This document shows positions 56,637 through 64,000 of a stretch of DNA of 64,000 nt, piece after piece. Position numbers and translations under genes: made by a program. The notes beneath the pieces are model-generated. The model searched no databases, had not been told where the DNA came from, and was given only the letters and a program-made list of their open reading frames with translations. The first letter of the stretch is position 1. Each line of letters begins with the position of its first letter. Source of the DNA: Abditibacterium sp. (GTDB taxonomy: Bacteria > Armatimonadota > Abditibacteriia > Abditibacteriales > Abditibacteriaceae); contig OZ251992.1 of NCBI GenBank assembly GCA_965246885.1, forward strand, positions 704,001 through 768,000, in the 5' to 3' direction.

Positions 56637-59600
56637 ATGAGCAAGTGTCCCTGCGGTTTCTGCCACCTTCACGTCCATTCCGAGTATTCGCTTCTCGACG
56701 GCGCCAATCGCTTGCAAGACTTGGCCAAGCGCGCCGCCGCGCTCGATATGCCCGCCCTCGCCCTCACCGATCACGGCGTGATGTATGGCGCCATAGACCA
56801 CTACGTCGCTTGCAAAAAGGAAGGCATCAAACCAATCTTGGGCGTCGAAGCCTATGTCGCGCCGCGCACCCATTTGGACAAGGATTCGCAACTTGACTCG
56901 CAGAAGAAGACCTGCCACCTGACTCTTTGGGCGAAGAACAAAAAGGGCTACGAAAATTTGGTCAAGCTGACCTCGACCGCGCACCTCAAGGGCTTCTATT
57001 ACAAGCCGCGCATTGACCACGACCTCCTCGCGCAGCACTCCGAAGGCATCATCTGCGGCAGCGCGTGCTTGGGCGGCGAAGTGCCGCAACTCATCATGGC
57101 CAAGAAGTTCGACGAAGCCGTCGAGCGCGCCCTGATGTACCGCGACCTCTTCGGCAAAGAGAACTACTTCTTGGAACTGATGGATCACGACCTGACGGGG
57201 CAGGGCGAGGTGAACGACCGACTCATAGATATTCACCACCAAACGGGCATCCCGCTCATCTGCTCGAACGATGCCCACTACTTGCGCCGCGAGGACGAGG
57301 AGATGCACAAGATTCTGGTCGCCATCGGAACCAACTCCCAGATACAGAACATGGCCTTGCACTACGGGCCGAACTTTTACCTTAAAGACCGCGAGGAGAT
57401 GTGGGAAAAGTTCAAGCACGTCCCGTCCGCCTTGGAAAACACCATGCGCATCGCGGACATGGTGGATTTGGAACTCGACCTTAAGACCACGCACTTCCCC
57501 AATTTCGACGTGCCCGCCGGACACGACAAGACCTCCTTCTTGCGCGAACTGTGCAAACAACGCTTCGATAAGCGTTACCCCGTCGGCCACCCGCGCCGCG
57601 CCGAGGCCATTCCGCGCATGGAATATGAACTCCAAGTCATCATAGACAAAGGCTATCCGGGCTACTTCTTGGTGGTGCAGGACTTCATCAACTGGTCGAA
57701 AGAGCGCGGGATTTTGGTCGGTTGCAGGGGTAGCGCGGCGGGGTGTCTGGTGTCTTATGTGTTGGGCATCACTAACCTCGATCCGCTCCCTTATGGTCTC
57801 TTGTTCGAGCGCTTTCTCAACCCGGAACGCGTCTCGATGCCCGACATAGACGTGGACTTTCCCGACAAGCGCCGCGACGAGGTGATGAAGTACGTGACCG
57901 ACAAATACGGCAAGGACAAAGTCGCCCAAATCATCACCTTCGGAACCCTGCAAGCCCGCGCCGCCGTGAAGGACACCGCGCGCGCGACCGGCCTGGAACT
58001 CAAACTCGCCGACCAAGTCGCCAAGCTCATCCCGGCCATCCCCTCGCATCCGATGACCATTGCCAAAGCGCTGGACGAGGTGAAGGAGTTGCGGGACATG
58101 TACGAGTCCGATTCGACCGTGCGCACCCTGCTTGACCGCGCGCAAAACATCGAGGGCATGACGCGCCACTCCTCGCGCCACGCGTGCGGCGTCGTGATTG
58201 GAGATGCGCCACTCGATACGATGGTGCCCCTCGAAGAGAAAGATGGGCTGGTCGTCACTCAATACCATTCCAAGGCCATTGAGAAGATCGGCCTCGTCAA
58301 GATGGACTTCCTTGGGCTAACCAACAACTCCGTTATAGACGAAAGTTTGGCGCTTATCAAAGAGCGCTACAACGAAGACATAGATTTAGAAACCCTCGAC
58401 CTAACCGATAAGAAGGTTTACGATATGATGTCGCGGGGAGATGGTATCGCGGTGTTTCAGATGGAAGGCAGTGGCATGAGGAACCTTCTGCGTGAGATGA
58501 AGCCGGAAAATATGGAGCACATCATCGCGCAGATTTCCTTGTATCGCCCCGGCCCGATGGACGACATCCCAACTTACATCAAGGGACGGCACGGCGGCGC
58601 AGTGACCTATCCCCACCCCAAGTTGGAACCCATCCTGAAAGACACCTACGGCATGCTTCTCTACCAAGAGCAAGTCATGCGCGCCGCGCAAGAGTTAGCG
58701 GGCTTTACCGGCGGCCAAGCGGACGAACTGCGCGGCGCAATGGCGAAAAAGAAAGCGGACTTGATGGCAAAGCTCAAGCCGCTTTTCGTGGATGGCTGTG
58801 TCCAGAACAAGATAAAGCGCGACGACGCAACCGACATCTTCGACAAGATGGAGTCCTTTGCCAAGTACGCGTTTAATAAATCCCACGCCGCTTACTACGG
58901 GTTGGTTTCTTACTGGACGGGCTACCTCAAGGTGCACTACACCTCGGAATTTCTGGCGTGCAACATGACTTCGCGGCTGGATGCCAAGCCCAAGCTGCTC
59001 GCGGTCATCGAAGATGCGCGGCGGCATGGCATCGAAGTGTTGCCGCCTGATGTCAACGAGTCGAACCAAGACTTTACTGTTGTGGGCGCCGCCAAAAACT
59101 CGCCGATTCGCTTCGGGCTGCTCGCCATCAAGGGCATCGGCGAAGGGCCGGTCGGCGCCGTCTTGGAAGCGCGGCGCGAGGGCGGCAAGTTCGTCTCGCT
59201 CCACGACTTTTGCGAGCGCGTGCCGCTTCGGGGGTGCAACAAATCGTGCATCGAAACCTTCATCAAGGCGGGGGCGTTCGACTCGATACAAACCAATCGC
59301 TGCGCCCTTTTGGAAGGTTTGGACGCAGCACTCACTGATGCCAAGAGCACGTTGGAGGGCAACCTCTCGATCTTCGGTGAAGCGCCCACTGAAGCGGGGC
59401 GTCCCAAAACGATGGGTGTTTTGCCGGAGTGCGAAGACTTCGGCAGCGCACAACGCTTGGCGTGGGAGAAGGAGTACATAGGACTGTATGTGTCGGATCA
59501 CCCCCTGTCTCCTCTGCGCGAGTATTTGGAATCGGCGGCCATCCCACTGTCGAAAATCACCGAGGAACGGGCGCTGTCGGACGGCGCGCGGGTGACGGTG

Positions 59601-60500
59601 GGCGGCCTTGTGACGACGGCGCAAAAGCGGGTGGACAAAAACGGGCGCGCGTGGGCGATTTTCACCCTCGAAGATTTGACGGGCCAAATTGAGGTTCTGA
59701 CCTTCGCCAAAGCCTACGAGAAGTGCGGCGAGCACATTAACGAGGACGCCAAGCTCTTAGTGACGGGGCGCCTGAGCGCCGATTCGCGCGGCGGCTTCGG
59801 CGGTAACAGTGGCGGCGAAGAGGGCGAATCGAACGAGGACGTGCGCTTTAAAATCATGGCCGACGACATCGAAATCATCCCCGAAGACGCCGAAAGCGCG
59901 GCGGGCAAGCGCGCCAAGCCGCTCGAAGAGCGCATCAGTGGCGCCAACGAAAAGGCCGACAAAGCCGCCGAGCGCACCGCCAACGGCACCGGTTGGAACG
60001 GCGGAAACGGCAACGGCGCAAATGGTGGCGCCGCCAAGGGGCACAAAATCCTTGACTCGCTCCCGAAAAACGGCGGGGCGAACGGCAACGGACACGGCGC
60101 AACCAATGGCAACGGGAGTAACGGTGGCGGCATCTCGATTAACCGCTCCTCGGCCCCAACTTTTGTGCTTCCCCCGCCCGATGCCGCGCCGCCCGCCCAG
60201 TTTCGGGCGACCGAGGAAGGGCCGCTCCCGATCCCCCACATTTTCGAGGTGCCCTCCGAAGCCGAGGCGGACGTGCACTTGCACATCCCGCCGGACATGG
60301 CTTCGCAAGCCGTGATTCACAAGTTGTATACCGTTGTGCGCCGTCATCCCGGCACGCAGCAGGTCTGGCTGCATCTCGACAACGGCCAAGAGATGGTGCA
60401 GATGAAAGTTTCGGCGAGCTATTGGGTGGCCGCGACCCCGCAATTCTGCGAGGACGTCGCCGCCCTGCTCGGCGACGAGAATATCGTCCCCCCGCTTTGA
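56637..60500 (+). CDS. dnaE: DNA polymerase III alpha subunit
   Basis: HLHVHSEYSLLDG, LTDHG, RGSAAG, FERFLNPERVSMPDIDVDF, KMDFLGL, YAFNKSH, OB fold. Confidence 0.98.
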   Translation: MSKCPCGFCHLHVHSEYSLLDGANRLQDLAKRAAALDMPALALTDHGVMYGAIDHYVACKKEGIKPILGVEAYVAPRTHLDKDSQLDSQKKTCHLTLWAKNKKGYENLVKLTSTAHLKGFYYKPRIDHDLLAQHSEGIICGSACLGGEVPQLIMAKKFDEAVERALMYRDLFGKENYFLELMDHDLTGQGEVNDRLIDIHHQTGIPLICSNDAHYLRREDEEMHKILVAIGTNSQIQNMALHYGPNFYLKDREEMWEKFKHVPSALENTMRIADMVDLELDLKTTHFPNFDVPAGHDKTSFLRELCKQRFDKRYPVGHPRRAEAIPRMEYELQVIIDKGYPGYFLVVQDFINWSKERGILVGCRGSAAGCLVSYVLGITNLDPLPYGLLFERFLNPERVSMPDIDVDFPDKRRDEVMKYVTDKYGKDKVAQIITFGTLQARAAVKDTARATGLELKLADQVAKLIPAIPSHPMTIAKALDEVKELRDMYESDSTVRTLLDRAQNIEGMTRHSSRHACGVVIGDAPLDTMVPLEEKDGLVVTQYHSKAIEKIGLVKMDFLGLTNNSVIDESLALIKERYNEDIDLETLDLTDKKVYDMMSRGDGIAVFQMEGSGMRNLLREMKPENMEHIIAQISLYRPGPMDDIPTYIKGRHGGAVTYPHPKLEPILKDTYGMLLYQEQVMRAAQELAGFTGGQADELRGAMAKKKADLMAKLKPLFVDGCVQNKIKRDDATDIFDKMESFAKYAFNKSHAAYYGLVSYWTGYLKVHYTSEFLACNMTSRLDAKPKLLAVIEDARRHGIEVLPPDVNESNQDFTVVGAAKNSPIRFGLLAIKGIGEGPVGAVLEARREGGKFVSLHDFCERVPLRGCNKSCIETFIKAGAFDSIQTNRCALLEGLDAALTDAKSTLEGNLSIFGEAPTEAGRPKTMGVLPECEDFGSAQRLAWEKEYIGLYVSDHPLSPLREYLESAAIPLSKITEERALSDGARVTVGGLVTTAQKRVDKNGRAWAIFTLEDLTGQIEVLTFAKAYEKCGEHINEDAKLLVTGRLSADSRGGFGGNSGGEEGESNEDVRFKIMADDIEIIPEDAESAAGKRAKPLEERISGANEKADKAAERTANGTGWNGGNGNGANGGAAKGHKILDSLPKNGGANGNGHGATNGNGSNGGGISINRSSAPTFVLPPPDAAPPAQFRATEEGPLPIPHIFEVPSEAEADVHLHIPPDMASQAVIHKLYTVVRRHPGTQQVWLHLDNGQEMVQMKVSASYWVAATPQFCEDVAALLGDENIVPPL

Positions 60501-60501
60501 A

Positions 60502-60706
60502 TCACCGGGTCGCGCCATCCGCTCACCGGGTCGCGCCCATCATTGGCCGGGCTACGCCAATCACTGGCGCGACCCGGTGAGCGGATGGCGCGACCCGGTG
60601 AGCGGATGGCGCGACCCGGTGAGCGGATGGCGCGACCCGGTGAGCGGATGGCGCGACCCGGTGAGCGGATGGCGCGACCCGGTGAGCGGATGGCGCGACC
60701 CGGTGA
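60502..60706. repeat. 21-bp-phased array: 2 units, 1 degenerate unit, then 7 inverted identical units
   Basis: TCACCGGGTCGCGCC(A/C) x2, then TGGCGCGACCCGGTGA-GCGGA x7 (60565-60706); phase is kept through the inversion. Confidence 0.95.
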
Positions 60707-60807
60707 AGCAATGAACGGTGAGAAAAATTGAGGAAAAGTGGCGCGCACCCGTTTCGCTCGCCGCCGAATCGCGCTAACCTTGGGCGGTTCTTTGGAGAAC
60801 GAACACT

Positions 60808-61803
60808 ATGTCTAAAGTCAAAATGGCCATCTTGGGTTGCGGCGGCATGAGCGGCGCGCACGCCGGACGCTACAAAGCCAACCCCGATGTCGAAATCGTC
60901 GCGCTGTGCGATGTCAGCGAGGAAATCGTCGAGGGCTACATCGCCCGCAACCTGCCCGATACTGCGCCCAAGCCGCGCGTTTTTACCGACTTCGCGGCGA
61001 TGCTCGCCGAGTCCGGCGCCGACGCCGTCACCATCGTCACGCCGCACACCATGCACTTCCAACACGGTTTGCAGGCCATTGAAGCGGGTGTGCACGTCTT
61101 CATGGAGAAGCCGATGGTAACGGATTCCGGCGACGCGGCGAAATTGAAGCAAGCGGTCGAGAAGTCCGGAAAAATCCTCGTGATTGGCTATAACACGCCG
61201 TGCACGCCCGCTTTTCGTTGGTTGCGCGACGCGATTCGGTCGAGCCGCTTTGGAAAGTTGGAAACCGTCACCGGCTGGCAAACGCAGAACTGGGCCAAAG
61301 CGACAGTCGGCACATGGCGCCAAAAGCCGGAGCTTTCCGGCGGCGGGCAGATGTACGATTCCGGCGCGCACATGTTCAACTCGCTCGTGTGGAGCGTCGA
61401 ATCCAACGTGGACAGCGTCTTCGCGTTCGCGGACAACCTCGACACGCCCGTTGACATCAACGGCGTCGTGACGGTGAAATTCACCAACGGCGTGTTGGCG
61501 ACCATGACCATTTCGGGCGACTGCAAGGTGGACGGGGCCGGGATGTACTACGCCTTTGAGAACGCCCGCGTGGACGTGGACGGCTGGGGCGGCGGCTGGA
61601 TCAAGCTGTTCACCGAGAACGGCAAGGAAGAGAAAATCGCGCTCGAAGGCGTCGCCCAATCGCCCAACGACAACTTCGTGGACGCCATCTTGGGCCGCGC
61701 GCCCGCGCAAACCTCGCCGCTCAACGGGCTGATTCAGTCGCAGCTCATGGACGCTATCTACCAAAGCGCCGCGAGCGGCCAAGTGGCGCGGCCCAAGAAT
61801 TAG
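60808..61803 (+). CDS. Gfo/Idh/MocA oxidoreductase
   Basis: ILGCGGM, DAVTIVTPH, HVFMEKP, SGGGQMYDSGAH. Confidence 0.93.
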   Translation: MSKVKMAILGCGGMSGAHAGRYKANPDVEIVALCDVSEEIVEGYIARNLPDTAPKPRVFTDFAAMLAESGADAVTIVTPHTMHFQHGLQAIEAGVHVFMEKPMVTDSGDAAKLKQAVEKSGKILVIGYNTPCTPAFRWLRDAIRSSRFGKLETVTGWQTQNWAKATVGTWRQKPELSGGGQMYDSGAHMFNSLVWSVESNVDSVFAFADNLDTPVDINGVVTVKFTNGVLATMTISGDCKVDGAGMYYAFENARVDVDGWGGGWIKLFTENGKEEKIALEGVAQSPNDNFVDAILGRAPAQTSPLNGLIQSQLMDAIYQSAASGQVARPKN

Positions 61804-61805
61804 TA

Positions 61806-61911
61806 GGCCAGCGAATGAATTCGCAGCCAGCGAAAACGTGAACCTTTGTTGACGTGCTACCTTGTCGGCGAAGGCCGACGACTTTGCTGGCTGCGACTTC
61901 AGTCGCTGGCC
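61806..61911. repeat. REPIN/BIME-like inverted pair of hairpin elements between convergent genes
   Basis: GGCCAGCGAATGAATTCGCAGCCAGCGAA vs reverse complement GGCCAGCGACTGAAGTCGCAGCCAGCAAA (26/29); inner hairpin GTCGGC-GAAG-GCCGAC. Confidence 0.8.
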
Positions 61912-61915
61912 ACAC

Positions 61916-63475
61916 TCACTTCCCCGCCGCCAGCGCCGCCCTTAACGCGGTATGGGCGACGGGCTTGGTGAGGTGACTGTCAAATCCCGCGTCGTGGGCG
62001 CGCCTCGCGTCTTCGGGTTGGCCGTACCCTGTCACGGCGATGAGGCGGATGGAGTGGCCAAGCGCGGCGCGCGCGGCGGCGGCGACTTCATAACCGTCCA
62101 ACAAGGGAAGCCCGACATCCACGAAGGCGGCATCGGGACGGGTTTGCAGAATGAGTTCCAAACCGCTTTGTCCGTCGCCCGCCGCTTCGACGCTGTGCCC
62201 GTCGCGGCGCAAAAGCAGGCAGACGAGTTCGCGCGCGTCGTCGTTATCTTCGACAACGACGACGCGCCGGGGGGTGGCGGGTTCGGGGGGAATTGCGGCT
62301 TCGGCGTTGGGACGTTTCGCGACGCGAAGCGGCAAGCGCACCTCGAAGGTCGAGCCGCGCCCGACGCCTTCGGAATGGGCTGCGACCTGCCCGCCATGCA
62401 ACTTCACCAAGCCCTGCACAAGCGTCAGACCGATGCCAAGGCCGCCGCGCGCGCGGTCAATAGCTTGCTCGGACTGGGAGAACAAGTCGAAAACGCGCGG
62501 CAATAAATGCGCGTCCATGCCGATGCCGTTGTCCCGCACAGCGACGCGCGCGGCGTCATCCGCGACTTCGAGGCAAATCTCGATGCGTCCGCCGCGCGGG
62601 GTGTATTTGATGGCGTTGAAGAGCAGGTTGGACAACACTTGCTCCAAGCGCACGGGGTCTCCCTCGACTTCGAGGGGCGCCGAGTGCGGCGAAAAGGCGA
62701 TGTCGTGGTCGGCGCTTTTCTGGGCGACTTCAAGAGAGGACAGCGTGCGGCGCGCGACTTCGTTGAGGTCAACGGGTTGCATGTCGAGCGCGATTTTGCC
62801 GCGCGTGACGCGCGCGACATCGAGCAGATCGTCCACCAAGCGCGACAGAGTGCGGGTTTGGCGGGCGATGACTTCGCGCGGTGTTTTGGTCGGAGCGGCC
62901 TCGCCTTCGTCCAACAGGTCGAGCAATTCGACGGCGTAGCCGATGGCGGCGAGGGGGTTGCGCAGTTCGTGGCCGAGCATGGCGAGGAACTCGTCGCGGC
63001 GCGCGACTTCGCGCTCTTTTTCGGCGATGAGGTCGCGCTGAAGGTATTGGCGGGCGCGGGCTTTGAGGGCGAACTCGGTCGCGGCAACGAGGGTGGCGCG
63101 GCGCAGGGGGCGCTCCAAGATGGACAGGTTGCCGCCGGGGATGAGCTTGGAGATGCGCTCGAAGCCGTCGCCGTTTTCACTTTTGGCGGCGCGCGCGGGG
63201 CGCAGGAAGAGGATGGGCAAGTCGCTCCAGACGGGCTGAGAGGCCAAAAACACGTTCAGCCCTTGCAAGACGGCGGGCGTGCAGGCTTCTTCGGCGAGCA
63301 GAAGGGCGCCACTGCGCGGCAGGATGTCAGCCAGTTGCGTGGCGTCACCGACGACTTCGCCGTGCCACGCCGCGCGCTGGAGCGTGTCGCGCGCTAAGCC
63401 CGCGTCGCGCGCCGTCGCCGCGAGGATGGCGACAGTTTCGCCCGCGAGCGGTGGAAGAGAGTAGGGCGCGAACAT
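61916..63475 (-). CDS. Hybrid histidine kinase (pseudo-REC-HisKA-HATPase-REC)
   Basis: QPVWSDLPI...ILERP...RARQY; MLGHELRNPL, NAIKYT, GGLGIGL, C-terminal REC. Confidence 0.92.
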   Translation of the reverse strand: MFAPYSLPPLAGETVAILAATARDAGLARDTLQRAAWHGEVVGDATQLADILPRSGALLLAEEACTPAVLQGLNVFLASQPVWSDLPILFLRPARAAKSENGDGFERISKLIPGGNLSILERPLRRATLVAATEFALKARARQYLQRDLIAEKEREVARRDEFLAMLGHELRNPLAAIGYAVELLDLLDEGEAAPTKTPREVIARQTRTLSRLVDDLLDVARVTRGKIALDMQPVDLNEVARRTLSSLEVAQKSADHDIAFSPHSAPLEVEGDPVRLEQVLSNLLFNAIKYTPRGGRIEICLEVADDAARVAVRDNGIGMDAHLLPRVFDLFSQSEQAIDRARGGLGIGLTLVQGLVKLHGGQVAAHSEGVGRGSTFEVRLPLRVAKRPNAEAAIPPEPATPRRVVVVEDNDDARELVCLLLRRDGHSVEAAGDGQSGLELILQTRPDAAFVDVGLPLLDGYEVAAAARAALGHSIRLIAVTGYGQPEDARRAHDAGFDSHLTKPVAHTALRAALAAGK

Positions 63476-63607
63476 GGGCAAGAAGGCGAGCGAACTCCCT
63501 ATGAGCCGCCCCGCCTTGCCGATTTCTCAGGCAAGGCGGGTGCCATCGGTGGGTGGGCACGCCCTTGAATTGGTCTGTTAACCTTTCTCCCCGTTCAAGG
63601 AACCACT

Positions 63608-64000
63608 ATGGCAGCAAAACGCATCGGAATTTTAACAGGCGGCGGCGATTGCCCCGGCCTCAACCCCACCATCAAAGGCATTGTCACGCGCGCCGCCGAT
63701 CACGGCATCGAGTGCGTCGGCCTACTCAACGGCTGGAAGTCGCTCGTGGGCGACGCGCCCTTGTCGCGCCCGCTCACCGTAGACGACGTGCGCCCCATCA
63801 TCAAGCACGGCGGCACCATGCTGCACACCTCGCGCACCAACGCTTACAACGCCAAACAGCCCGAATTGTTGCCCAACCTCTTGCGCAACGTCGAGCGTTT
63901 GGGCCTCGATGCCCTCGTCGCCATCGGCGGCGACGACACCCTTTCCGTCGCCTCGCGCCTCACCAAAGGAGAGCGCCTCGCGCATCCCGTGCCGTGCGTG
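63608..64000 (+). CDS. pfkA: 6-phosphofructokinase (partial, runs off window end)
   Basis: Manual translation MAAKRIGILTGGGDCPGLN...GGTMLHTSRTN...IGGDDT. Confidence 0.93.
   Translation, partial: MAAKRIGILTGGGDCPGLNPTIKGIVTRAADHGIECVGLLNGWKSLVGDAPLSRPLTVDDVRPIIKHGGTMLHTSRTNAYNAKQPELLPNLLRNVERLGLDALVAIGGDDTLSVASRLTKGERLAHPVPCV

Noticed and set aside
56637..60500. Intein in dnaE to explain its length
   Set aside because: No Cys/Ser...His-Asn splice motifs or LAGLIDADG block; extra length is low-complexity linker
60565..60706. Possible CRISPR array
   Set aside because: Units are contiguous and identical with no unique spacers; no cas genes in the window

Overview
GC-rich bacterial chromosomal window. 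The gene content (H-X9-DG prepilin-like protein, CsaB, alpha-2-macroglobulin) and a divergent 16S suggest an Armatimonadota/Abditibacteriota-type organism; this is an unverified inference. Housekeeping genes: a stand-alone C-terminal half of CarB, csp, pduO-type adenosyltransferase, nadD-rsfS, plsC, amtB, dnaE and a partial pfk. Also present: an alpha-2-macroglobulin, a Wsp-like chemosensory operon with a divergent REC-GGDEF output, a solitary 16S rRNA gene (own tandem promoters, processing stem and terminator; no 23S or tRNA), a hybrid kinase with an intact ETR1-type ethylene-binding domain, carbohydrate-active genes, several decaying genes, and a non-canonical GrpE-Hsp70-J-like module. The two most unusual signals are: (1) a six-gene cluster at 45.5-49.6 kb built around a long-leader twin-arginine protein with a low-GC, 8-Cys C-terminal cargo, followed by a beta-propeller, a CxxC thioredoxin, a prepilin-like protein and an HprK-like kinase (candidate polymorphic Tat-exported effector system); (2) a dispersed family of strictly 21-bp-phased (16+5) mosaic quasi-palindromic arrays found at six loci, two of them in frame inside proteins. 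No database searches were run; all family assignments come from motif recognition by eye.
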